A DNA stretch of 64,000 bases from Octopus vulgaris. Its lineage: Eukaryota. Position numbers and translations under genes: made by a program. Where the stretch lies: the NCBI GenBank assembly GCA_951406725.2, contig OX597823.1, positions 82,026,001 to 82,090,000 of the forward strand, in the 5' to 3' direction. Below, piece after piece: positions 38,842 to 51,689 of this stretch. Within the stretch, counting starts at the first letter, position 1, and every line of letters begins with the position of its first letter. The notes under the pieces were generated by a model, which made no database searches, had not been told where the DNA came from, and worked only from the letters and a program-made list of their open reading frames with translations.

Positions 38842-41593
38842 CAGAGGCAAAATATAATGATGTATAGTTTACCGACTGGATTCGTCGCTCTGTACGAAGG
38901 TTTGGTTTATTTTTAATGATAGCTCAATCGATTAAATCAACAGTTGTATTTGACTGGTGTATTTATCTCTCGCAAAAGGATAAAGCGTAAAATTGAACTC
39001 TGACTTAAAGCAACGCAACGAAATAATGTTAATCCCCCAAGCAAAAAACGAAAAAGGAAAAAAAAAACCAAAACATTTATTTCATTCCAGAAATCTTTAT
39101 AGGTAAACTTCCAACTTGTTTAGAAAGTACTCGTATAAGAATGATTTATTGGATTTGCATATCACTACCAATTTGTAAGAAAAGCAGTGTCGATTGAATC
39201 AACTTTTGTACAAGCATTGTATTTTATCATTCAATGTAGTAATTTTATCTCTATAAACTATATAAAATGGTTATACAAAGGTCTTTTTTCAGGGTATAAT
39301 ATAAGGTAGATTTAAAAGTAAACATTTACCGGATTACGGTAAGCAACTGGGTAAAGCGAAGGCGTCGGTCTAAGTTATGATAGATTTACAATTACTTTCT
39401 TGAGATAGTAGCTTCAGGAATTTAAGTGAAAATCCATTATAGAGAGCGGTGCTTAGGGAGCTTGCAGCAATCTATTCTAGACGATTGTATTTAGGAAACG
39501 AAAGAACCTGTTATTCTTGAATATGGCATTGAGATCTAGATAATCATATAGACAATGGCGAACTCTCATTTTAAGATCGAGGATAGTCCCTTTTTTGGCC
39601 TAATGGTTAGGGGGCTGCACTTACGACTGTAAAATCGTATGTTCGATACCCGGGTCGGGCGGTGCGTAGTGATCTTGAGTAATGTACTTGATTTCACATT
39701 CCTCCAGTCTTCTCAGCTGTAAATCAGTTCCAGCATTAGCTGAGAGGTTAACCCCGCAACCGACTAGCATCCTGTTCCTGGAGGAGTGTTTACCCCCAGT
39801 GACTTATACGTCACGAAAACCGGGTTAACTCTGGCCTTATGAGTTCTAGGTCCCATAGCCCCTTATTAGAGTTAAGAGTGGGGTAACAAGTAATATAAGC
39901 ATTTTCGTCACAATATTTTCAAACGTGTCTTGTTAACTTAGGAAACTGAAATCCGAGAACACCGATTGAGTGTAAAAAGACGAATAATTGCACCAGAAAT
40001 GTATTGTAGTGCAATGTTCATTTAATTATAGAAATAGGTTTCTATGAGAGAATAGAAACAGTTGAGATTGGAGAACAAACGTACTCGCTCTGTATCGATT
40101 ATCAAAAGATCTAAGAGGCAATTGATTTTAATGTTAAGCGAACTTAAGCAGCAAGGAAACCGGGCTTTTTGATGACAGAAACATGGTGTTATCAGAACGT
40201 TTGCAAATTCAATCTTCTGGCATCTGTGTCAGCTGATATAGTTTAGAAGAATAAAAATGAAATCTTGTAAAGATTAGTTAAGACGAGCTATATTTTACTC
40301 AACCAATGGTAAAATACACATATTTTATTCAACTGCCATCTTGTAATTGATAGAAAACCGAATGTAATCAACGAAAAAGGAAAAATAAATAAATGAGAAG
40401 AAAGAAATAGTTTCAATCATTTATCTTCAAGAGAGTCTGATATATTTTCTGTTAAACATATGTGCCTTTTACATTCAATTCAGTTAGCTTGCATGCTTTT
40501 ACACATCTTCTTTACATTCTGTTTTATAAGCTATATTTTTTTTTCTCTTGCATTCATTTAATTTTCTGTTATTTATTATTTTTTTCTATCTATACACGTT
40601 ATTCTTTATACTCATCTGTTTCGCTTACGCACCAACACGTTTTCTTGCTATACATATATTTGTATTGACATATCTGCAGTCTATTTCTTTCTCTCTCCAT
40701 GTTTTTCTTTTTTTTTTTTTAACATTTGACTGTCTACGAGTGATCTTAAATTGTTATATTCTACTGATGAAGAAAAAAATAAATATACAAAGAAAAGATA
40801 AAATGGAAAATAAAACTCAGAAAATCAGTTTTTAAGAAAAATTGCATTCGATCGACTGAGAAATCGAATTTCATCAGAGATCTGAGCTGAAAGTTAACTA
40901 TCTGTGGTTCACTTAAGACAATTCTTTATCCATACGTATTTTACTGCATTGTAACAATAAATCGTTATTTTCTCGGGTCACAAATGTTGCTAAAAGCCTT
41001 TATATTAAGAAACAAGAGAAAAAGAGAAACACACAAAAAATAATTGCAGATAGAGAGAGAGAGAAGGACAAACAGAAAGAGATAGATAGATAGAGAGGGA
41101 GAGAGAGATAAAGACAGAGAAAGAGAGAGAGAGTTATTGGAAAAAATAAATGGTTTATTGTTACCTATAAGACGTTGATTTCATGCATTAGATGAAACGT
41201 ATACACTGTAAATACACTTGGTAGACAGTGTAGATAAGATTTTGGTTTTGATATCAGTAACTAATAAATGTAGCATATTAAATACTAATTTTATCTTTCT
41301 GCAATGCAAGGAAGTATGAAATGTGTCCTTAAATCACGGATGCATTGTTAAACCAACGAAAGACAATATTTACTCTGGATAACACACATTAATATTACAA
41401 ATAATTTGTCTTTAAGTTCCATAAATTTACATAATTTGAAAGTATATACAAAGAATCTAGGACTCTGGATTAATAATGTCTCTGATTTTCATACTCTGAC
41501 TTTAAACAGGGAACAAGAAAGTTACAAAAGTGATTCAAAGGCTGAGAGCTTTTTAGTGCCAAGCATGAAATTCTTGGCCCTAACTTTCTGCTG

Positions 41594-41657
41594 ACTACTA
41601 CAACAACAACAACAACTACTACTACTACCACCACCACCACCAAAACGACGACGATGG

Positions 41658-41689
<32 letters not shown>

Positions 41690-41690
41690 G
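41594..41690. repeat. Compound trinucleotide repeat (CTA/CAA/CCA/CGA)
   Basis: Seen directly. Confidence 0.9.
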
Positions 41691-42032
41691 TAAATAAAAC
41701 AAATGAAAATATAATAATAAAAATGATTAGACAAGAAGAGAAATAGAAATATGCTTATCTTTATGTAAGTCATAAATTGTCTCTCAAGAACAATATTTGG
41801 ACAATGCTACAGACATGTTTCCCATTTCTTGATTCGATTTGGAGATTGTTAGGTGTCATTTTTAAAGATTTGTTTTTAGATAACAGATCTGATTTATTGA
41901 GACCTCCTTCAGCATTAAACGCTTACTATCTTGAAGGTTAACGAGAACAATATATCTGTATATGGATACAAAAAGTTCTTGAAGGTCGGAAAACAAACTC
42001 CCACGAAATATTTCGATCTAAAAGAATTCACA

Positions 42033-42339
42033 GTGGAGGCGCATGGCCTAGTGGTTAGAGCAGCGGACACGCGGTCGAGGGATCGCGGATTCGAATCTCA
42101 GACCGGGCGATGTGTGTGTTTAAGAGCGAAATACCTAAGCTCCACGCGGCTCCAGCAGAAGATAATGGTGAACTTCTGCTGACTCTTTTGCCACAACTTT
42201 CTCTCACTCTTTCCTCCTGCAATTTGCAGCTCACCTGCGACGGACCGGCGTCTTATCCAGGTAGGGAACCTATGCACCAAGGAAACCGGGAAGCTGGCCC
42301 TATGAGCCAGGCGTGGCTCGAGAAGGAACAAATAACAAC
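42033..42339 (+). mobile_element. tRNA-derived SINE, probably tRNA-Arg-related
   Basis: GGCGCATGGCCTAGTGGTTAGAGCAGCGGAC...GGATTCGAATC head; 13-bp TSD AAAAGAATTCACA at 42020-42032 and 42340-42352; homologous to 62471-62774. Confidence 0.88.
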
Positions 42340-42424
42340 AAAAGAATTCACAAAACGGTTGCAATTTTACTGTTTCTAATATTGTCTACTTTCATTTATA
42401 GAGTACAAAAAATATATTGAGAGA

Positions 42425-42830
42425 CTGGCAGAAACGTTAGCACGCCGGGCGAAATGCTTAGCGGTATTTCGTCTGCCGCTACGTTCTGAGTTCAAATTCC
42501 GCCGAGGTCGACTTTGCCTTTCATCCTTTCGGGGTCGATTAAATAAGTACCAGTTACGCATTGGGGTCGATATAATCGACTTAATCCGTTTGTCTGTCCT
42601 TGTTTGTCCTCTCTGTCTTTACCCCCTTGCGGGTAGTAAAGAAATAGGTATTTCGTCTGTCTTTGTGTTCTGAGTTCAAATTCTGCCGAGGTCGGCTTTG
42701 CCTTTCATCCTTTCGGATAAAATGTCATCCTTTCGATAAAATAAGTATCAGATTAACATTGGGGTCGATTTAAACGACTTGGCCTCCTCCCTCAAATCTG
42801 GTGGCCTTGTGCAAAAGTTTGAAACCAATA
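42425..42830 (+). mobile_element. Composite family C SINE
   Basis: Core plus tail, then a truncated second core with a different tail. Confidence 0.85.
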
Positions 42831-43187
42831 TTTAAAAGCTACTGGCATGTAATTGCTTACATCACGACTACTTCTGCCTATATACTATACCTTCTGTGGC
42901 AGTTTTTCTGGTCGCAAATGCGTGATACTCGCTTCCTTCATGACTCAGTGAGGGGTCCATTGTTTTTGGTTCTAGGGAGTTTCTGCCATTAGTAATCTGT
43001 GAAGAACTTGACTTACTACGCATCACTTCAAAAACGAACGCACTCACTTGGTGGAGGCCAGAAAACCGCTATAGTTTTCGCATATAAACTCCTTGCGCGT
43101 GTCTGTAACTAGTATTTCATTTCCATATATGTACGCACTCCACTCAAACCACCACAACAAGACTATTGATTCTTAGATAATAATAAC

Positions 43188-44045
43188 TTAGATAGGTTTC
43201 AGCCAGTATAGGTCCAGGCCATGTCTAACTTAATAGCATCACCCGTTGAAGCCTTTTAGATCGCGATTCACACCTCAGTCATATATGGGACACCATGGCC
43301 CACTATAGCCAAAAGTTATTATTGTTGGAGATGTAATCGGGTGCTGGAGGTTGGTCCGGGATTTTTTAGAGAAAATTGTCTAGAGAACTTTTGAATTTTA
43401 TGGGCTTTGTTTCTGTTTTTATGTATTTTGGTATATTAAAGAGAGGCTGGACCGGTTGAGGTAAAATAGTTGTGTTGTAATGTTCTTATGTCTTGAGTTC
43501 GACTTTTGAAGTGGACGGATAGCACAGGGGCCAAGTCTTGGGTGGATTTTAAAACTCACAAGGGCGTTGGAGAGAGTAGAGATTGGATTTTTTTTAGTCG
43601 ACCCCAGTAGTCAATGCCTGTCATGCCGTCTATCTTTCCTTTTACTTACCCCTGGAGTGCTTTCACTTTGATAATGCTTTACTTCGCGTGGGGAGACCAT
43701 AGTGGGCAACAATATTCTAGGTGGGGTTGGGCAAAAATAGAGTAGAGAAGGATGTTGGTGTGAGCATCTCTAGACCAGAGAGTTCTCAGAATCCAGGGCA
43801 CATCTTGCGGACCAAGACAACCTTGCTGTTTACGTGAGAACTTCAGCTTACATTGTTATCAACAATTACTCCTAGGTCTCTGGTGTTGTTGGATGACACC
43901 AGGGAGTCGCCTGAGGGAAGGGCATATGGCAATTTCAGAGTATCCTCTTCTCCAAAATGGATCAAAATAAACTTATTTTCATTTAGAAGCATATTATTCT
44001 TTTCCGCCCATTAGATAATAGCAAATAGATCCGACTGAAGGCATG
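43188..44045 (-). mobile_element. CR1-clade LINE fragment (RT C-terminal region plus 3' UTR)
   Basis: Minus strand LQSDLFAII*WAEKNNMLLNENKF...TRDLGVIVDNN...QPHLEYCCPLWSP. 3' end shares TTAAGTTAGACATGGCCTGGACC with the copies at 12037 and 49663. Confidence 0.8.
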
Positions 44046-44643
44046 TTCAATTTCCCATACGTCTGGGTCGTTATACACTATTCCAGATGCTTTCCCTACA
44101 TCATTACTTCTAGCTCAGGGTAACTGTAAATTGACATATGCAACAGCTGTCCCCATTGTCTTTCTGTCCCCTTCAAGCGAAGCTGTGAATATGGAGTTTA
44201 CCTTGCTTCATTTGAATAAACGAAAGCGTACAACTAAACATACATATTTTTAAACAAAATATGTAACCTTATTTGATGAATATTGACTTCTCTGATTTCA
44301 AGTGGCTTTTGACAGGTCTTGCATAAATTCCAAGGTGTTCAAAATCGCATTCCTCACCAAGTAAGCCTAGTGGGGTAGCTACTTTAATCACCGATACCCG
44401 CCAGCGCAATAAGCGGTACTGGTTACATGTTATCAGTAGCGCACCCAAACGCCCTGACGCACACACAAACCCTATCACACATTCATATTTGATAAATGAG
44501 TAAGTGTAATAATATTTGTGACATATAAACAATTCAGTGTAGACTTCTTTATATGTCATACACGTCTACGATAAGAGCACACAGAGAATTATAACTATAT
44601 TCCGCTTATCTCACTGAATAAGGAGTTGTTTTGAAAATAAATT

Positions 44644-44750
44644 AGGAGTGGCTGCGTGGTAAGTAGCTTGCTTACAAACCACATGGTTCCGGGTTCAGTC
44701 CCACTGCGTGGCACCTTGGGTAAGTGTCTTCTACTATAGCCTCGGGCCGA
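44644..44750 (+). mobile_element. Family B SINE head, truncated by the next element
   Basis: Near-identical to 6883-6990. Confidence 0.8.
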
Positions 44751-44754
44751 CAGT

Positions 44755-45290
44755 GCCAGACAGTGGCTCTTATGGCTTCTGTTCTTAACTGATTTGAAGT
44801 GTTATCATGTACATTGTTTTGTCTTGGTATAAAAGATGGGCTACAGCAAATATTCTGCTCAATGCCACAGATTTGCTTGTCAGTTGTTTGACCTTAACCA
44901 GTTAAGCATGTCCCTTAGTGACTGACGATATGTGCATCTCTGATCATGCGCAGAAGTAGTGGAGGAGCATCATAGCCATGTGTTGAGAGGGATTCTTTGG
45001 GGTTTGAATAATTCACCTTTGGAAACATGGGTGGTTCATTCAACATCCTTAACCATATTCAAGGACCTTTTGAGCGGGATGGGCTACTCGACCAGAAGAA
45101 AATTATAACTGGGCCCCACCTGCAAGGTCATGTGCTGTTTATCTTCATATGAGATCACGATGTTGCGCACATATGGTTGTGATGCATGTGCCTGGTGTAC
45201 CCTTATCAGACGGGTAGTCATGATGGGTATACTGGGCTTCGTATATTTTACCCCAGTGTCACTTCGATGGCATGCACTGCTCTCTCACTC

Positions 45291-45330
<40 letters not shown>
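44755..45330 (+). mobile_element. Probable retroposon 3' region ending in an (AAT)n tail
   Basis: Non-coding block of higher GC that abuts a truncated SINE and ends in about 13 AAT units; family not identified. Confidence 0.45.
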
Positions 45331-45333
<3 letters not shown>

Positions 45334-46741
45334 TATATATATTACTTGTTCCAATTAATGAACAGTGGCCATGTAGGAGCACTGCCTTGAATAAATTTTG
45401 TCGAACGAATTGAACACTACTTATTTCTAAAGCCTGGTACTTTTCTTTCGTTCTCTTTTTTCTCCGGATCATTAGTTACGATGACGTAAACAAACCAGCA
45501 CCGGTTGTTGAGTGGGAGCAAACGCAAACACACACTGGCGCGCGTTTTAACCTGCCCGGGGACACGTAACCAAAATACCACGCTGTAGGACTGAACTAGA
45601 GATCACATGATTAAGAACCAAGCTTCTTGACAGCGTTAGCTGCTATTTCTAGGAGAAGGATCGACTGTGTAGAGAGTCTCGCATTAGTTCGACACTGAAA
45701 GTGCTAAGTAGTAATTCTATTCTATTGTTAATAATAATAAAAAAAACCAAAAAAACAGACGGCACATGGCAATAATTATTAATTCTGCCCTTCATAGTAA
45801 TGAATAAATGGCAACCTGGATTAATCATTTATCATTTGCAGCCCACTTTTACACTGTAAAGGCAAGCTGCATAACCCACTGATGTTTTTTAATATACAAT
45901 AGACATACACCCGGGTCTTGAGTTGTTATCAGAACACAGACAAAAAAGGAGATTAATATATACGCTGTTAGTAATCGTTTGCTATAGAGATGACATTCAA
46001 AATATATGTTACATCGACCGACCACGCCATTTAAAGTATTATTTAAGAGGAGGGTCATGCCTTTACTGGCATATGTACATACATAATACAATTTCAAGTG
46101 AATTACTTGTGTTTATTTTAAAAATTTAAATTCCTTGTCATGATTTTCTAATTGTTATTAAATAGGGAAAAGAAGAACTAACAAAAATATCAAAACAAAT
46201 ATGAATTCTTTATTTTAATAATGACAAATGGCAAATAACTGGGGTTAATAAATAAGACAAAATGAAGGATGAAGTATAGCGAATTAGGCTGCTGAATTGA
46301 TACAGACGTATAATTTGAATTTAACTGTAGAAATCATATGATTTTTCCTTACGTGAAAGGCATGAAATTTCCAACATTCCATGTGTTCTGTTTATACTTG
46401 TAGGGTGTTCTTGCTGTAAGAGAGAGAAGATATGAAAATGAGCTTTCATATATAGGCTGTTTAGTTAAGGGGCTCGGTTCGCAACCACTTCGTTTTAGGT
46501 TCAATCTCACTGCACAGCACCTTGGGGCAAATATCTTCTATTCTAGCTCCGTATCAAGTAATATCTTCTGACTGAAGTTGGTTCATGGAAACTGTACGGA
46601 AGCCGCCGAATCTGTGTATATATATATATATATATATATAATCAATATAGGGTGGCAAGGAAAATTTTGTAGAATTTTTTTTGCCACCAGCGGCCCAGTG
46701 GGAAAAAAATTAAATAGTCATAGACCATTTTTAAGTTCAAC

Positions 46742-47079
46742 ATTAACAATTAAGGAACGGCCATAATAGGCCATTCACCCACTAGAAATAACAGCCAAAG
46801 CTTCTACCGCAAATAAAGATCAATTCCGTAAACAGGAGAAAATTAAAAAAACATTTACCCTGTAATTTCTTGTACGGTATACCGTTTCATCTGCTGTTTA
46901 ATGGTAAACTAACCTGATTAAATTAAATCAAGCAGATGAAACGGTATACCGTACAAGAAATTACAGGGTAAATGTTTTTTTAATTTTCTCCTGTTTACGG
47001 AATTGATCTTTATTTGCGGTAGAAGCTTTGGCTGTTATTTCTAGTGGGTGAATGGCCTATTATGGCCGTTCCTTAATTG

Positions 47080-47084
<5 letters not shown>
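46742..47084. repeat. Perfect inverted repeat, 154-bp arms with 35-nt spacer, inside a SINE microsatellite
   Basis: 46742-46895 is the reverse complement of 46931-47084. Confidence 0.92.
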
Positions 47085-47124
<40 letters not shown>

Positions 47125-47519
47125 CATACATACATACATAAATATGTGTGTGCGTGTGTGTGTGTTATTACATGTTAGTGCATGTATGTGTGTGTGTGTA
47201 TTTGTCCCCAACCACTTGACAATCAGTGTTATTTATGTCTCTATGATGTAGCGGTCAAGCAAAAGAGATCGTACGTGAAATATTGGATTCTATCAGAATC
47301 ATTAATTGAATAAGAAATGAGTTTCCTTGTTCCCTGAAATATTGGTTTCACATTTTGGCACAATGCCAGCAATTTCCGTGGAGGTGTAAGGCGAGCACAT
47401 CGACGTCAGTGCTCAGCTGGTATTTATTTTATCAACACCGAAAGAATAGAAGGAAGGTAAATTCGACCTCGGCGGAATTTGAGCTCTGAACGCAAAGACG
47501 GAGAAAATGCCGCTAAGCA

Positions 47520-47560
<41 letters not shown>

Positions 47561-47776
47561 GTACACATAAGTAACCGTATATGTATGCGCATGCGCTTAT
47601 ACATTACAACATTTGAATTGTAGATGACCATTTGACCACTCCTTCCTAACTAGCATATTTTACTCTAGTTGCCTTCAGAATGTCGATTTTTTTCTTTGCT
47701 GCATTCGGTTTGTGATAACTATTCTCTTCCCTCACTAGATTTATGGTATTTTCACCAAAATATTCGCCAGCATTGG

Positions 47777-47888
47777 ATTATTGATGAAACGGTTAATATA
47801 TAACAAGATAAATTTATGTAATGCTATCTAATAAATCATATAATGGACACGTATTTCAACCAAACTACGCCATTGAAACGCGTGTAGT
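47777..47888 (+). ncRNA. Degenerate hammerhead-like motif with long stem II insertion
   Basis: ATTA-TTGATGA-AACGG...CCATT-GAAA-CGCG-TG-TAGT; C3 and H17 are non-canonical. Confidence 0.35.
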
Positions 47889-48004
47889 GATGCTTCAAAC
47901 TATTTATTCTGTTTTGCTTACTGAATATTACACCGCGTAACACTTACTGATAATGTATTTGATACATATACGGATGTGTAGGATACTCAGGACTGATGAA
48001 CAGC

Positions 48005-48335
48005 TACTCTAGGCATAAGGCCCGAAATTTTTGGGGAGGCGGGGGGGCCAGTCGATTAGATCGAACTCAGTACGCAACTGGTACGTAATTGATCGACCCC
48101 GAAAGGATAAAAGGCAAAGTCGACCTCGGCGAAATTTTAGCTCAGAACATAACGGCAGACGAAATACCTATTTCTTTACTACCCACAAGGGGCTAAATAC
48201 AGAGGGGGCAAACAAGGACAGACGAACGGATTAAGTCGATTACATCGACCCCAGTGCGTAACTGGTACTTATTTAATCGACCCCGAAAGGATGAAAGGCA
48301 AAGTCTACCTCGGCGGAATTTGAACACAGAACGTA
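48005..48335 (-). mobile_element. Composite family C SINE
   Basis: Two cores on the minus strand. Confidence 0.85.
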
Positions 48336-48692
48336 ATTGGTGGAATTACCGGAAATTTTTCTGGGTGATCAGCTTAGTCAAACTGACATTGAGATACTTC
48401 TAAGTTAATTTGAAGTACTAAATAATTACAGTAATAAATAATTGGATTAATAGAGAGGTAATCTGCTTGATCCCTTTTGTATTACTCCGAGTGTGCGTGT
48501 GTCTGAGTGTGTGTGCGTGAGTGTGTATGTATAAGTGTGTGTGTGTGTTTATATGTGTAGTGTATATATATATATATATATATACATATATATATAAACA
48601 CAGTTGCTTTTGTGTATATGCGTATATATATATATACATACATACATGCATACATACATATATATATATATATACATACATACATATATATA

Positions 48693-48738
<46 letters not shown>

Positions 48739-49182
48739 CACAAAAGCAACTGTGTATGTATACGCTTATAGAAAATAAAGCCTCTAGTCATAGACATAAC
48801 TTCCTGATCGTCCGGAACAATTTCAAGAATGGAAAAAACAAAAACATGTTTGCGTAACAATAAACACCAAACTAAAAAGAAATATTTAAGTAGCCCCCTT
48901 GGCAAAATGCATGCAGCATTGAAACTTTTGTCGATAACTTTGGAAATTATTCTTCCTAGCAAAAGATATTGAACCTATTGATATCTCTTCGACAGCATTA
49001 AGTGTGGGTTACAATCAGTTATTTTATTGGCCTCTGTTGGATATAACAGAAAAACTATTGCTGGGCAATATATATACATACATATATATACACATATTGA
49101 TACATGCATACACACATTGATTCATAATATCCCACATACATATATACATGCGTACATTATATATTTATATATCAACGTTATA

Positions 49183-49248
<66 letters not shown>

Positions 49249-49354
49249 GCTAGCTAGCTAGCTATCTATCTATCTACGTCTGTCTGTCTCTGTCTGTCTG
49301 ACTGTCTTCCTCTCTCCCTCTTTCTCTCTCTCTGTATATATATATATATATATC

Positions 49355-49624
49355 GTGACCGTGACCGACCAGGCTATCAAATGTTGCTACACATCGCTGG
49401 TCACAATGCGCTTCGCATTGTTTTAGCCTTCAAATAACGCCACCCCACTGGCTAAGCGAGCAGGCCAACAGAAGAAAGGGTGAGAGAAAGTTGCGTCGAA
49501 AGAGTATAGCAGGGATCGAACCCCCCCTCCCCCCCGGTCGGAGGCTCGTGTTTTTGCTCAATAAACACTCACCGCGATCCTACGACCGCGAGTCCGCTGC
49601 CCTAACCACTGGGCCATTGCGCCT

Positions 49625-49627
<3 letters not shown>
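49355..49627 (-). mobile_element. tRNA-Arg-like SINE variant between TA arrays
   Basis: Minus-strand head GGAGGCGCAATGGCCCAGTGGTTAGGGCAGCGGACTCGCGG. Confidence 0.7.
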
Positions 49628-49662
<35 letters not shown>

Positions 49663-49668
<6 letters not shown>

Positions 49669-49815
49669 TTAGATAAACTTAGATATGTTTCGACCAAAGA
49701 TTGGTCCAGGCCATGTCTAACTTAATAGCACCACCTGATATGATTATCTAAATCCTGTTTAAGTCAAGTTTTGTTTGTGGTTCATTCAAGTAGTGAGTTT
49801 TTGTTGGGTGAGTTG
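49663..49815 (-). mobile_element. CR1-clade LINE 3' tip
   Basis: Reverse complement of about 12420-12577, with a doubled ATCTAAGTTT tail. Confidence 0.75.
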
Positions 49816-49832
49816 TATCCAATTATGGGTGG

Positions 49833-49878
<46 letters not shown>

Positions 49879-49937
49879 TATACATATATATTTATCATAT
49901 ATAAGTTAAGTTAACTTAACTTATATATAATAAAATT

Positions 49938-50177
49938 AATGCGCCCTTTTAAAGCCTAACCAGGCCCATGGGCCCGGTTTCCCGGTTTCCATAGCATATG
50001 TGTTCCCCAGCTGGACGGGACGCCAGTCCATCGCAGCGTTAATCATTTTTGCCAGCTGAGTGGACTGGTGCAACGTGAAATGAAGTATTTTGTTCAAAAA
50101 CACAACGCGTCGCCCAGCCCAGGAATCGAAACCACAATATTACGATCATGATGCTGACACCCTAACCACTAAGCCAC
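49938..50177 (-). mobile_element. tRNA-derived SINE (family A head, alternative body)
   Basis: Homologous to 58664-58925. Confidence 0.8.
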
Positions 50178-50984
50178 ACACACACGCACACGCACACACA
50201 CATTATAAATAATGCTAATTATCTACAATATAAGAAATGACACCCAGCACCCATATCAAAAGTAATCTTATAAAGGACCTTCTGTTTATTAGGTTTTATT
50301 TACGTCTTTTTTTCTATTAGCTAATTGAGAAATGTTGGAAATGGTAGTGATAGAGTACAGCAAAAAATACTATTGACTTTTTAAAGAATCTATTGATTAG
50401 GAACATCAAAGCTTCAGTACAATTTGTTTCATTCCTATAGTACATCTTGGAGAACACACATTTGAATATACTTGTGTCGTCTGCTCTACAAAACCATAAA
50501 GGAAAAAAGCGGGAAGAAATACAAAGAGCAGTTAAAATGAAAGAAAAATCTCTTGTTTGGTATCGTATTGATTGGAAAATGAATGAAAAAGAGGCAATAT
50601 GGTGTAGGTATTAATACTTGAAAACTGATGAAATATTGGTGTATGTACTTCGGAGAAAACAATTACGGTGAAGTCTACATTTCTGACTCGCGACGATTCT
50701 TGTCTGTTTTGTATATCAATTACTATCTCTATTGATATTCTGTTTCATTATAGGTACAAGGCCCAAACTTTTTTGGGGAAGGGAACCAGTCGATAAAATC
50801 ATCCCCAGTACGCAACCGGTGCTTAATTTATCGACCCCGAAAGGATGAAAGGCAAAGTCAACCACGGCAGAATTACTGTCTGTATTGATATTGATAGCTG
50901 ACTAAACGAACGTATGTCGGTACGAGTAGAATGACGACAGCTGAGGCGGTCTTCTGGCAGATATCCTATATGTATAGGACATCT

Positions 50985-51490
<506 letters not shown>

Positions 51491-51689
51491 AAGTACACGA
51501 AACGCACATCACTCTACAAAATGCACTCACTAGGTTGCTTATATACATACACACACGCTTCCATACGCACAAAAAGCGGCCATATGATTTCAAGTTCGTC
51601 CACACATATACCCGGATGCGCTCATCCCATTCACACATACACACTCACACACACCATCCTCACATACACACACGCGCTTCCGCACCCTA

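Noticed and set aside
42033-42110. tRNA-like sequences here and at 13966, 6881 and 62474
   Set aside because: SINE heads continuous with repeat bodies and TSDs; no complete cloverleaf acceptor stem.
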